Assembly: GCA_965199755.1 (NCBI GenBank)
Contig: CBDASZ010000001.1
Coordinates: 512,001 to 576,000, forward strand
From: an uncultured candidatus Porisulfidus sp.
Lineage (GTDB): Bacteria > Pseudomonadota > Gammaproteobacteria > Poriferisulfidales > Poriferisulfidaceae
DNA: 64,000 nt
Direction of reading: 5' to 3'
The notes under the pieces are model-generated. The model saw only the letters and a list, made by a program, of their open reading frames with translations, made no database searches and was not told where the DNA came from. The translations under genes and the position numbers were made by a program. Of the stretch, positions 51,055 through 60,850 are shown in pieces (the stretch's first letter is position 1; every line of letters starts with the position of its first letter).

Positions 51055-52035
51055 TCAGGACAAACGCTCCAGCCAGTTGCGGTAGAGCTGTCGGGAGACG
51101 TCATGCCACGGTGGTGCGCCGGGACTCTGCAGCGCGTCTTCCGGGAATTGCTCGAGCAATTCCACAGACCGTCCACGATCCAGCACCAGTTTCTGGAATG
51201 CCTCGGCCTGATTGAGCGCCTCTGGCGAGAAGCTATTGTTGGGCACTGGCGGGTAGTCGTCGCGCTCGTTTATCAGGTAGCGGTGCACTTCCCGTTTGTA
51301 TTCTTTCAGCAGGCTAATGGACTCGTATTCCGGGTGGCCCTGGAAATACACCCGCCGCTCATCTGGCTCCACCGCCATCTGTACGCCGCAGTCTCCGGCG
51401 ATCAACACTTGCACGCCGCATTTCTCAAGCGCCGGTTCCGGCACTTCGTTGAAGCGTGAATGCGGCATGTCAATCTGCTGAGGCAGCCCGTCCAGCAATG
51501 GGTGTGCTTGTCTGAGTGTGTGGGGAAAGATGCCCCAGCATTTGTGTTCCAGATGCTGGCGCTGAATGCCGTGGAAGACCAGCGCTGATGCGTGCGCGGC
51601 CAGGCAGGAGCAGATCACAGGCAACTGGCACTGGTCGGCTTGCTCCAGCGTGCCTGTGAGGGCCGCCCAGAACACTTCACGGGTCAGGTCCGCTTCCGTG
51701 ACATTGGCACCAGTGACGATCAAGGCGTCGAGTTCGTTGTAGGCGAGGTCGCGACAATCCGTGTAGTAGTCGCGCAGGTGAGCATGGATGTCTTCGTCCT
51801 GACGAAGGATGCCGTCGACGCGAAACAAAGACACCGTGCAGCAGCGTGTCTCATGGCTGTCGAGCAGCGTGAAGAACTGGCGCTCGGTGGCGAGCAGCGC
51901 ACGGTCCGGCATCATGTTGAGCAGACCGATGCGTAAGGGAGCGGTGGAATCCGGGCTGTGGTCGACCACGCGGACTCCGGTTTGCGCCACGCGCTCCAGA
52001 CTTGGCGTCGCGTTGGCCTGACGCAACAGGGGCAT
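51055..52035 (-). CDS. metA: Homoserine O-acyltransferase, MetA family
   Basis: IGLLNMMPD, ATERQF, IVTGAN, nucleophile SCLA, PHSR, QGHPEY. Confidence 0.9.
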   Translation of the reverse strand: MPLLRQANATPSLERVAQTGVRVVDHSPDSTAPLRIGLLNMMPDRALLATERQFFTLLDSHETRCCTVSLFRVDGILRQDEDIHAHLRDYYTDCRDLAYNELDALIVTGANVTEADLTREVFWAALTGTLEQADQCQLPVICSCLAAHASALVFHGIQRQHLEHKCWGIFPHTLRQAHPLLDGLPQQIDMPHSRFNEVPEPALEKCGVQVLIAGDCGVQMAVEPDERRVYFQGHPEYESISLLKEYKREVHRYLINERDDYPPVPNNSFSPEALNQAEAFQKLVLDRGRSVELLEQFPEDALQSPGAPPWHDVSRQLYRNWLERLS

Positions 52036-52041
52036 GGGGGA

Positions 52042-52893
52042 TTAGCTGTCCGCGCGATCGATGGCGCGCGCGATCAGTTCAACAAACTCCTCGCCGCTGG
52101 TGACGTTCCCGGTTTCGTCCATGCTGACAGTGTAGCCGTATTGCTGCGCGATGCTTTGATAGCGCGCCATGCGATCCTGCAGCAGCCGCGGAAAGGCCCA
52201 GCAGGTGAACTCATCCGGAACGATCTGTTCGTATTCGATATTGTCGTACTCCAAGCAATAGTCTTGCAGCGCCTGATCCAGAAAATGATCCGGGTAGTAC
52301 AAGGGCTTGGGGTCGTCTTGCTGCCGGTCCGTCAGTTTCTGAATGTGCTTCTCGTCGGCATGGATGTACAGGATGAGCGTATGTTTGGCCAGCAATTCGT
52401 AGACTTCCGGATTTTGCATTTCGCACAGGCTGCCACCGGCATCGTTGATCAGATGCGGGTAGCCATAGACCTTCTGTCCCTTGCGAATGAAGTCAGGCAT
52501 ATCACGCATCGCTTTTTCTTCAGCGTCATGGTGTTCCTGTAGTCGAATCTTGAATTCTTTCAGCGGCAGACCGCCGAGCTCTTCGTTGCCGGGCTTGCCA
52601 AGGTAGGCCATGACTGGCTCCAGATTGTCGATCGTGATGTTGTTGGCAATGTAGATTGAGTCCGAGCGCAGCAACTCCGCCACGAACGGCACTTCTTTCA
52701 CGATGCGTGTCTTGATGTTGTCGAGAATGTTCTCGCCCAGATAGTGGGTGCCGATCCGGTAGTCGCCGGAATAGTGGAACCATTTCTTCCGGTCCAACTG
52801 GGAAGACAGGCGCGTCTTGCCCACCCCGGACATACCAAGCAAGGTGACCGCCTTGTGCGGCAGGTCACGGAACTCCTGTGCAGACAGACGCAT
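52042..52893 (-). CDS. Uncharacterised P-loop ATPase/kinase
   Basis: GMSGVGKT, DYRIGT, DAGGSLCE, PKPLYY. Confidence 0.8.
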   Translation of the reverse strand: MRLSAQEFRDLPHKAVTLLGMSGVGKTRLSSQLDRKKWFHYSGDYRIGTHYLGENILDNIKTRIVKEVPFVAELLRSDSIYIANNITIDNLEPVMAYLGKPGNEELGGLPLKEFKIRLQEHHDAEEKAMRDMPDFIRKGQKVYGYPHLINDAGGSLCEMQNPEVYELLAKHTLILYIHADEKHIQKLTDRQQDDPKPLYYPDHFLDQALQDYCLEYDNIEYEQIVPDEFTCWAFPRLLQDRMARYQSIAQQYGYTVSMDETGNVTSGEEFVELIARAIDRADS

Positions 52894-52911
52894 GTGTTGC
52901 CGACGGGGCGA

Positions 52912-54348
52912 CTACAGCGAAGGTGAGCGCAGCACCATCAGCTTGTCCACCTGCATGTCCTCGAAGGTGTAAGGGATGCCGCCGATCCCGTGGCCGGACT
53001 GCTTGAGGCCGGCGAACGGCATCCAGTCGACACGGAATGCGGTGTGATTGTTGATCATCACCGTGGCTGCTTCCAGCTGGTGGTAGCAGTGCATCGCGGT
53101 GTCCACATTGCGACTGAATACGGCCGCCTGGAAGGAGAACGGGCCCGCATTGGCGCGGGCGATAGCGTCGTCCATATCGTCGAAGCTGTAGACGCAGATG
53201 ACCGGGCCGAAAATTTCATGCTCGCTGACCTGGGCGTCGTCCGGCGGATCCAGCAGCACCGTGGGGGCGTAACTGGTGTCCGACAGGCGCTTGCCGCCAC
53301 TGATGAGTTCAGCGCCGGCGGCCACCGCTTCATCCACCCAAGCCTCCACGCGGTCAACTTCACCGGGCCGGATCAAGGGGCCGACATCGGTGTCCGGCAG
53401 GGTCGGATCGCCGACTTTCATGCCATCACCTTGCGCCGCCAGACCCTCGGCAATGCCGCGTGCCATATCGTGTTCCGCGTAGACGCGCTGCACCGAGACG
53501 CAGACCTGACCGGCATGATAAAAGCCGCCTTTGGCCAGCAGAGGTAGCGCGCCGTCCACGTCTGCATCCGCGGCCATGATGACAGGTGCAATGCCGCCAT
53601 GCTCCAGCGCGCAGCGCGCGCCGGGTGCGAGTTTCGAGCGCAGCATCCAGCCAACTGTGGCGCTGCCGATAAAACTGAAAAAGGCCACGCGCGGATCTGC
53701 GACCATCGCCTCAGAGACGGCGTGGTCATCCATATTGATTGCCTGTACGTAGTCTTCCGGCAAGCCCGCTTCATACAGCATTTCAGCGAAGCGCATGCAG
53801 GAGAAGGGTGTGTTGAGCGCCGGCTTGATGATGGCCGGACAGCCGGAGGCGATGGCCGGGCCGACCTGATGCACGATCAGGTTCAAGGGATGGTTGAAGG
53901 CCGAGAACCCCAGCACCACGCCGATCGGATACTTGCGCGTCAGCGCCAGATGATTCGCCGAGGCTGGATTCAGATTCATCGGAATCTCACGCCCGGCCTC
54001 GGTGCGCAGTACTTCCACGCAACTGTGCATGCCGTCAATGGCGCGCGCCACTTCCACGTGTGAGTCGGGCAGAGGCTTGCCGCCTTCGCGCGCGGCTTCG
54101 ACCGCCAACTCTTCACGGCGGGCCGTCATCAGCTCGGCGGTTTTCTCCAGCACCTCAATGCGCTGCGCCGGCGGCAGCCAGCGCGACTTGTCCTGATAAA
54201 TCGCAAATGCGGTAGCCAGAACCTGCTCGGCCTGCTCGGAATTGATGACGTCAACCGTACCAATTTCGGAGCGATCCCAAGGCGCATAAACGGTGGCCTT
54301 GTTGTCGCAAGGACCGATTCTCGGAGCGAAGTTAGCGTAATGAGTCAC
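52912..54348 (-). CDS. NAD(P)-dependent aldehyde dehydrogenase
   Basis: FNHP, FIGS, LEHGG, GQVCVS, EIFGP. Confidence 0.93.
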   Translation of the reverse strand: MTHYANFAPRIGPCDNKATVYAPWDRSEIGTVDVINSEQAEQVLATAFAIYQDKSRWLPPAQRIEVLEKTAELMTARREELAVEAAREGGKPLPDSHVEVARAIDGMHSCVEVLRTEAGREIPMNLNPASANHLALTRKYPIGVVLGFSAFNHPLNLIVHQVGPAIASGCPAIIKPALNTPFSCMRFAEMLYEAGLPEDYVQAINMDDHAVSEAMVADPRVAFFSFIGSATVGWMLRSKLAPGARCALEHGGIAPVIMAADADVDGALPLLAKGGFYHAGQVCVSVQRVYAEHDMARGIAEGLAAQGDGMKVGDPTLPDTDVGPLIRPGEVDRVEAWVDEAVAAGAELISGGKRLSDTSYAPTVLLDPPDDAQVSEHEIFGPVICVYSFDDMDDAIARANAGPFSFQAAVFSRNVDTAMHCYHQLEAATVMINNHTAFRVDWMPFAGLKQSGHGIGGIPYTFEDMQVDKLMVLRSPSL

Positions 54349-54485
54349 GAGGGTGTCAAAAGAGGTGGTTGTAAGATTTAATAATTATAGCCCAGACCTG
54401 CGAGCAAGTGGTAAGCGGGAGTTATGCAGAGGCTGGAAATACATTATCTTTCAATAACTTTACAAAATAACCGAACAGAAGAATT

Positions 54486-55283
54486 TCACGATGATTTTGG
54501 GTTAGGGAAGGCGAAGAATTGTTGTGCGCATTCTTGCGTGCGCCGCGCCAGTTCGGCGACAGGCAGATCCAGAGACTGCGCGATTTGTTCGGCGATGTGC
54601 GCCAGCCACATCGGTTCATTGCGGCGTGTGCGCGGCATTGGCTTTAGCGTGCGCGGCAGCAGGTAGGGTGCGTCGGTCTCTAGCATCAGGCGGTCCAGCG
54701 GGACCTGGTCGATCACCTCACGCAGCGCACCACCGCGGCGTTCGTCACAGAACCATCCAGTGACGCCGATGTACATGTCGCGTTCCAGACAGGCATGCAG
54801 CAAACTCTCGCCACCGGTGAAGCAGTGCAGCACGCGACGCTGTAGCGCGGGCACCGCGTCGAGCGCATCGAGAAAGTCCGCGTCCGCCTCCCGGTTGTGC
54901 AGCAGCACCGGCAGTTCGAGTTCACGCGCCAGTTCCAGTTGTTCGGTGAAGACGCGCCGCTGGATCGGGCGTGGTGAGAAGTCCCGGTTGTAGTCCAGTC
55001 CGCACTCGCCGATGGCGAGTACCCGTTTATCTTGCGCCCATTGCCGTAGCTGCTTCGCGTGCGCCTCGCTCCACTCGCTGGCATGATGCGGATGGACTCC
55101 GGTGACGGCCCAGCAGTTTGCGTAAGTGTGCGCGAGTTGAATGCAGGCCTCGCTCTCTTTTAATGTGGCACCGGCCAGCACCAGACGGCTGACGCCGGCG
55201 TCACAGGCGCGCTGCACAACCGCTTCTTCGTCTTTGGCAAAAGAGTCGTGCGTCAGGTTGCAGCAGATGTCAGTCAGTTGCAA
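54486..55283 (-). CDS. tatD: TatD family DNase
   Basis: TTG start; DICCNL, GVHPH, GECGLDY, HCF, ETDAPYL, NEP. Confidence 0.92.
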   Translation of the reverse strand: MQLTDICCNLTHDSFAKDEEAVVQRACDAGVSRLVLAGATLKESEACIQLAHTYANCWAVTGVHPHHASEWSEAHAKQLRQWAQDKRVLAIGECGLDYNRDFSPRPIQRRVFTEQLELARELELPVLLHNREADADFLDALDAVPALQRRVLHCFTGGESLLHACLERDMYIGVTGWFCDERRGGALREVIDQVPLDRLMLETDAPYLLPRTLKPMPRTRRNEPMWLAHIAEQIAQSLDLPVAELARRTQECAQQFFAFPNPKSS

Positions 55284-56085
55284 GGCTGAGATCCCGACAG
55301 GATAAGCAGAGACGATCGGCGTGCGTATCAATAGGTGTCTGGCAGCTGCGGCACAGATTTGGGTGGGTGGCGCGTCCTTGGGGGTCAATCGCGACACGGT
55401 CGTCGAACACAAAGCATTCGCCCTGCCAGTGGCGCGCGCCGCACTGCTCGAAGTAATTGAGAATGCCGCCGTCGAGTTGCCATACCTCTTTGTGTCCTTG
55501 TTGTTGCAGCCAGGCGCTGGCTAACTCGCAGCGAATGCCGCCGGTGCAGTAGGTGACGATGGGCAGATCGTCCGAGGCGAATTGCGGCAGGCTGTCGGGG
55601 AAGTCGCGAAACTGGGAGATCTCCAGCGAGCAGGCATCTGTGAAATGCCCCAGCGTGAACTCATAGTCATTGCGCGCATCCAGCAGTCGCAGCGGGCGGC
55701 CTTCATCCAGCCACGCGCACAATTGCTGCGGCGAGAGATGCGGGGCCGGGTGGTGTTCACACACCGGATGTCCGAGCGGGACCGAGAGCAGGGACTCCCG
55801 CGCCTGCACCACCAGTTTGCTGTAGGGCGATTCGTTGACCGGGCTGTGCCGGTAGTTCAGCTCAGTGAAGGCGCTGTGTTCGCGCAGTTCCTGTTTCAGA
55901 CGTTGGAGCTGCGCCGGCTCGCCGACCAGACTCAGGTTGATGCCTTCCGGTGCCAGGTGCACGGTACCGAGCAGTTGTTCCTCGGCGCACACCTGTTGTA
56001 GGCGTGCCAGCAGGGCGTCAATGGGGCCTGCGTCCAGAAACTGGTACGCGGTGCAATGTTCCAGCACGGGCTCAGAACCGTTCAA
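55270..56085 (-). CDS. trhO: Rhodanese-domain tRNA U34 hydroxylase (TrhO/YceA-like)
   Basis: [29 protein letters not shown]. Confidence 0.85.
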   Translation of the reverse strand: MNGSEPVLEHCTAYQFLDAGPIDALLARLQQVCAEEQLLGTVHLAPEGINLSLVGEPAQLQRLKQELREHSAFTELNYRHSPVNESPYSKLVVQARESLLSVPLGHPVCEHHPAPHLSPQQLCAWLDEGRPLRLLDARNDYEFTLGHFTDACSLEISQFRDFPDSLPQFASDDLPIVTYCTGGIRCELASAWLQQQGHKEVWQLDGGILNYFEQCGARHWQGECFVFDDRVAIDPQGRATHPNLCRSCQTPIDTHADRLCLSCRDLSLATD

Positions 56086-56587
56086 TCTGAGTGAACAGAC
56101 CGACGCGCAAATCTTCGGCGACGTAAATATCCTTGTCGTCGACCTGAACGCGCCCGTCGGCGATGCCCATGATCAGTGAGTGAGAGATGAGGCGCTTGAT
56201 GTCAATCTGGTAGCGGACCAATGTGTGCTGGGGCGTGACCTGACCGGAGAACTTGACCCGCCCGACGCCGAGCGCGCGGCCGCGGCCTGGATGGCCACAC
56301 CAGCCCAGAAAGAATCCCACCAGTTGCCATAGCGCATCCAGTCCGAGACACCCCGGCATCACCGGGTCTCCGGGGAAATGACAGGCGAAGAACCACAGCT
56401 CCGGGTTAATGTCCAGTTCGGCCGTCAGCACGCCTTGATCGTACGCGCCACCTTCCTTGCTGATATGCGTGATACGGCTCAGCATCAGCATGTCGGGAGA
56501 TGGCAGTTGCGCGTTGCCTTCGCCGAACATTTCGCCGCGCGCGCAACGCAGCAGATCGTCGTAAGAGAAGTGGTCGGGAGGAGTCAT
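56072..56587 (-). CDS. fabA: 3-hydroxydecanoyl-ACP dehydratase/isomerase
   Basis: [21 protein letters not shown]. Confidence 0.96.
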   Translation of the reverse strand: MTPPDHFSYDDLLRCARGEMFGEGNAQLPSPDMLMLSRITHISKEGGAYDQGVLTAELDINPELWFFACHFPGDPVMPGCLGLDALWQLVGFFLGWCGHPGRGRALGVGRVKFSGQVTPQHTLVRYQIDIKRLISHSLIMGIADGRVQVDDKDIYVAEDLRVGLFTQIERF

Positions 56588-56648
56588 TTGGAAATTCGTG
56601 GCGCGTTCGCGCGCCTCGAGAGCGTGGTGGCATTTTACCCTGCTGGCG

Positions 56649-57593
56649 TCATGCGCTCTGGCGCTGCAGCCGTCCCAGCACCAGCCGCAACTCTCCATAA
56701 GTCTGCAACAGCGTGATGTCGGCCTCATCGCTGACGGTTTCATACGGGTTCAGACGCGGGCTGTGCAGCAAGATCGGCAGGGTCGCTCCCAGCGCCGCGC
56801 GCAATTTGCGCAACTCGTTGGGCAACAGGGAATCCTCATGCAAATCCGTGGCGAGCGCGATGGCGCGAGCGTCGGAACGTTTCGCGGCGTACGCGACCTC
56901 TTCGACCGGAATGTCATAACCCAGATAGACCGGGGTCCAGCCATAGGCGCGGATGGCCGCGCTCAAGCGCAGCAGAAGCAAGGTGTCTTCCCAGGGGGTC
57001 ATGCCGGTGACAACGACGCGCTCATTGGGATCGTGATGCGGGTCGGAGCGGGCCGCGTAATGCAGCAGATGGCTTTTGATGATCTGCTCCGCCATGCGCT
57101 TTTGCGCCATCTGCAGCGTGCCTTGGCGGCATTCGTTTTGAATGTGCTGCACCAGCGGGGCGATCAGGTCTTCCTGCATGAATGGCTCTTCGAGGTTGAT
57201 CTCGGCTTCCTGCAGGCTGTACTGCAGCCGCTCCGGGTGCATGTCCGCGATCGCCGCGGCGCATTCATCGAAATAATCCATCACCGACTCGGTGCTGGGA
57301 CGCGCCGAAGGGCGTCCGGGCGCGTTGCTGATGGCGGCGCGGTCATCATCGACCAGTGCTTCAAGTTCCGTAGTCGACAGCGCGGCGATGTCGCTGATGC
57401 GCCGACCGGACTGCGTGATGCACGCGAGCAGGCACAAACGCTCAATATCGTGATCGCTGTAGAGCCGCCGACGGGTCTCGGTTCGCTGCGGCATGATCGC
57501 TTGATAGCGCTGCTCCCAGACGCGAATCAGCGCGGCGCTCAGGCCACTGCGCTGTGCTGCGACCTGTATGGGGTGAACGGCTGGTTGAGACAT
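56649..57593 (-). CDS. MerR-family regulator with CarH/LitR-like C-terminal domains
   Basis: [17 protein letters not shown]; helical bundle then Rossmann-like VYLGYDIP. Confidence 0.82.
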   Translation of the reverse strand: MSQPAVHPIQVAAQRSGLSAALIRVWEQRYQAIMPQRTETRRRLYSDHDIERLCLLACITQSGRRISDIAALSTTELEALVDDDRAAISNAPGRPSARPSTESVMDYFDECAAAIADMHPERLQYSLQEAEINLEEPFMQEDLIAPLVQHIQNECRQGTLQMAQKRMAEQIIKSHLLHYAARSDPHHDPNERVVVTGMTPWEDTLLLLRLSAAIRAYGWTPVYLGYDIPVEEVAYAAKRSDARAIALATDLHEDSLLPNELRKLRAALGATLPILLHSPRLNPYETVSDEADITLLQTYGELRLVLGRLQRQSA

Positions 57594-57715
57594 TTTGTCA
57601 ACCTTTTGTGTAGGTTTGTGTTTAACTATCATACTTGCTTAAAAATATTCTGTGTTAGATTATTGTCATCGATGCCGCGCAAGCGGTTGGACTAAAAATA
57701 TAAGGAGTTTGCTTT

Positions 57716-58861
57716 ATGAAGAAGTTTTTCATTAACGTGCGCTACTTCCTCGCACCGCTACTGATTCTTTCCGCTTTGTTCGGAGTGATCGCAGGCGGTC
57801 CGTGGGTGTGGACTGGCGTCGTCCTGATGGGCGTCGGCATTCTGGTAGACACAACGACACCGCAGCGTACCATGGGTGCCGGTTTTGATGACGACGGGGA
57901 CACATTTGGCATTCCGGCGTTGCAAAACGGCGTGATGTACAGCATGCTCGCAGTCTTTATTCTGCTGCAGCTGGCCATCTGCTGGCGCATCTACGAGTAT
58001 GTGAATGGCATAACACCTGGGGCTACCGGCTCACTGCTGGGCCTGACCTATCAGGAAGGTATCACTGGCATGCAGTTGGTAGGCGCGGTTGTGTCGACTG
58101 GCATTTTCGCCGGCATCGGCATTATCTACGGCCATGAGCTGGCGCATACCAAAGGCTTCAGTTTCGTCATTGCTCGCTGGATGATGGGCCTGTCGGGATC
58201 CTCGCATTTCTGCTACGCGCATGTATACAACCATCACCTGGAGTTGGGTTGCGAAGATGATCCGGCGACGGCACCACGCGGTCGGAGCATGTACGCGCAT
58301 CTGCCGAAATCCTATTTCGGACAGAGCAAGTTCCTCTACACGATGGAGAAACATCGTCTGGCCCGTCTGGGTGTTCCGTTCCTGTCTTGGCAGAATCGTT
58401 GGATTCGTGGCTATACCATGAGCCTGCCGACGCTGGCCCTGTTCTGGTTTGCTGGCGGCTGGGTTGGCATTTGCGCCATGTTGCTGATCTGGATGATCTC
58501 CAACTTCGAGTTGGAAGCGCTGAACTATCTGGAGCATTACGGCTTGATTCGCGAGAAAGGCCAGCCGATTGATTACCGCCACAGCTGGGATAACAGCACG
58601 GCCTTCACGAGCTGGTTCTTCATTGAGATCGGACGTCAGGCGGATCACCATGACCGCGGCGAGACCCACTTCTGGGAGCTCGACGAGGTCGGTGCGCCGA
58701 ACACGGGAATGGGGTACTTCACCCTGTTCGCGCTGGCGCTGATTCCGCCGGTATTCCATAAGTTCATGGAGCAGGAACTCAAGAAATGGGATGACGGGGA
58801 AGCCTCGGAAGGCGAACTCGAAATCTCGCAGGCGATCAACAAGGTGGCGGGTTACGCATAA
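57716..58861 (+). CDS. Membrane diiron monooxygenase (AlkB/XylM family)
   Basis: HELAH, HVYNHH, DPATA, NYLEHYG, QADHH; AAGGAG RBS. Confidence 0.9.
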   Translation: MKKFFINVRYFLAPLLILSALFGVIAGGPWVWTGVVLMGVGILVDTTTPQRTMGAGFDDDGDTFGIPALQNGVMYSMLAVFILLQLAICWRIYEYVNGITPGATGSLLGLTYQEGITGMQLVGAVVSTGIFAGIGIIYGHELAHTKGFSFVIARWMMGLSGSSHFCYAHVYNHHLELGCEDDPATAPRGRSMYAHLPKSYFGQSKFLYTMEKHRLARLGVPFLSWQNRWIRGYTMSLPTLALFWFAGGWVGICAMLLIWMISNFELEALNYLEHYGLIREKGQPIDYRHSWDNSTAFTSWFFIEIGRQADHHDRGETHFWELDEVGAPNTGMGYFTLFALALIPPVFHKFMEQELKKWDDGEASEGELEISQAINKVAGYA

Positions 58862-58891
58862 CCCTCTCACCGGCAGTTCGCCGACCCTATG

Positions 58892-58921
58892 AAGCGCCCC
58901 CGGAATCGGGGGCGCTTTTTT
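58892..58921 (+). terminator. Intrinsic terminator
   Basis: AAGCGCCCCCG/CGGGGGCGCTT 11 bp stem with T tract. Confidence 0.88.
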
Positions 58922-58940
58922 GTGGCCTTACAATAAAGTC

Positions 58941-59666
58941 ATGGTGCAAATCGGACAGTCAAACCCGCTCCCGGATGCCGTGATGGGCACGGTGGAGCGT
59001 GAGGATCACTCAGTATTGCAAAAGCGTATGCTGGAATTGCGCGCGCGATTGCGTTACATGAATCTGAAGGCAGCGTCGCGTCTGGCATTGCAACTGGAAC
59101 TGGCAGAGACGTGTCTGGAACTGAGCAATGGCGCGGAGGCGTTTCCCGTCGCGCGCGACGCACTCAGTGATGGTCTGGCGCTGAAAGACTATGAGGCAGC
59201 GGTGCGCGCCTGTCAGTGCATGTATCAGAGCGAGCAGCCGGAGTCCATTTCCGCGCTGGGTCAGGGGTTGTGGCTGGCGATCGCCTGTCCGGTCGATCCG
59301 CAACGGACTCTGGAGATGTTGCGCCATCTGGTGGAGGAGACACCGGATGACTCCGATGGTGCTGCCGTGGCCGCCATGCTCGGTTATTTTCTGATGGAGG
59401 CGCGCGCGGGGGGTGATGATCAGGAGCGACTGGTGTTTCTGGCGCGGCAACTGGTGGCGGAAGTGGCGCAGCGTCATCGAGGCATCACCGATGACGAGAC
59501 CATCAGCATCTGGGCGCAGATGCACGAACTGGACGATGTGGATGTACTGTTGGAGCGCATGGCGGTCATCATTGACACCATCACCCAGACCTGGTGGTTT
59601 GACCGTGATGCGTTGCGCGAGGAGTTTGCCTCCGGGAGTGCCGATGGAGGAGATGCCTCGACCTGA
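58941..59666 (+). CDS. Helical hypothetical protein
   Basis: Long ORF overlapping the dinB start; ETPDDSDGAAVAA motif; start uncertain. Confidence 0.65.
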   Translation: MVQIGQSNPLPDAVMGTVEREDHSVLQKRMLELRARLRYMNLKAASRLALQLELAETCLELSNGAEAFPVARDALSDGLALKDYEAAVRACQCMYQSEQPESISALGQGLWLAIACPVDPQRTLEMLRHLVEETPDDSDGAAVAAMLGYFLMEARAGGDDQERLVFLARQLVAEVAQRHRGITDDETISIWAQMHELDDVDVLLERMAVIIDTITQTWWFDRDALREEFASGSADGGDAST

Positions 59667-60744
59667 TCCCGGCACCCACAGGCGCATCATTCATGTGGAC
59701 ATGGATGCTTTTTTTGCCGCGGTGGAAATGCGCGACAATCCGGCCTTGCGTGGACGCCCGCTGGTGGTCGGCGGCGACCCGGAGCGTCGAGGGACGGTAG
59801 CTACCTGCAATTACGAGGCGCGCAAGTTTGGCATTCACTCGGCGATGGCCAGTCGCACTGCACGCAAGCTGTGTCCGCAAGTACTGTTTCTGAAACCGCG
59901 CTTCGACCGGTACCGCGACGTCTCCGAAGACATTCGCGAGATCTTCGGAAGTTACACCCGCAAGGTGGAACCGCTGTCGCTGGATGAGGCGTATCTGGAT
60001 GTCAGCAGGTGCCGATTGTTTGGTGGCGTGGTGGCGGACATTGCGCGCGATATCAAGCGGCGCATTCTGGAGCGCACCGAATTGACTGCATCCGCGGGCG
60101 TGTCTTACAACAAATTTTTAGCCAAGATTGCCTCAGACATGAACAAGCCGGACGGCCTGACCATCATTCGCCCGCATGAAGCGCTTGATCTGATCCGTAC
60201 GTTGCCGATCGGGAGGTTCTTCGGCATCGGGCCGGTCACCGAGAAGCGTATGCAGGAATTGGGGATCCACACAGGCGCAGACTTGCAGAACTGGTCCTTG
60301 GAGCGCTTGCGACCGTTGTTCGGCAAGCACGCTGAATACTACTATCATGCGGCTCTGGGCATTGACTGGCGCGAGGTCGAGGCGGATCGCCCGCGCAAAT
60401 CTGTAGGCTCCGAGACCACCTTCGTCGAAGATCTAAGGGACATTGAAGAGATGTTGATCGCTTTGCGTCTGCGCGCTCGCGAGGTGGCGCTCAATTTGCA
60501 GGAGCGTCAGCTGACCGGCAAGACCGTCACCGTCAAGGTCAAGTTCAGTGATTTCACTCAGGTGACGCGCAGCCATTCCTTCGCACAGCCGCTGACCTCG
60601 TATCGCCAGATGGCCGAAGTCCTGCCGCAACTGCTACAGCGCGCGATTCCACCGCGCGCCCGCTCAGTCCGTCTGCTGGGCGTTACGGTCTCCAATCTGG
60701 TGGAATCCGAAGAGCACCTTGCCGCGCAGCGCAGCCTGCTTTAG
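59653..60744 (+). CDS. dinB: DNA polymerase IV
   Basis: IIHVDMDAFFAAVE, YEARKFG, SLDEAYLD, KPDG, RLLGV. Confidence 0.96.
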   Translation: MPRPDPGTHRRIIHVDMDAFFAAVEMRDNPALRGRPLVVGGDPERRGTVATCNYEARKFGIHSAMASRTARKLCPQVLFLKPRFDRYRDVSEDIREIFGSYTRKVEPLSLDEAYLDVSRCRLFGGVVADIARDIKRRILERTELTASAGVSYNKFLAKIASDMNKPDGLTIIRPHEALDLIRTLPIGRFFGIGPVTEKRMQELGIHTGADLQNWSLERLRPLFGKHAEYYYHAALGIDWREVEADRPRKSVGSETTFVEDLRDIEEMLIALRLRAREVALNLQERQLTGKTVTVKVKFSDFTQVTRSHSFAQPLTSYRQMAEVLPQLLQRAIPPRARSVRLLGVTVSNLVESEEHLAAQRSLL

Positions 60745-60850
60745 AGGGGAGCGCGAGATACGCATGCCTCTGGTGTTACATGAATTTCGTCAATAGAGCC
60801 TGTCTGGTGTGCTAGACTTCACGGCTGACTTTCAGCCCTTTGTCGTTACT

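Noticed and set aside
54349-54485. AT-rich spacer between the aldehyde dehydrogenase and tatD
   Set aside because: Contains a TATAAT on the minus strand and reads as an ordinary promoter; no TIRs or duplication seen
56598-57695. 365 aa plus-strand ORF
   Set aside because: Antisense shadow of the MerR regulator; no motifs
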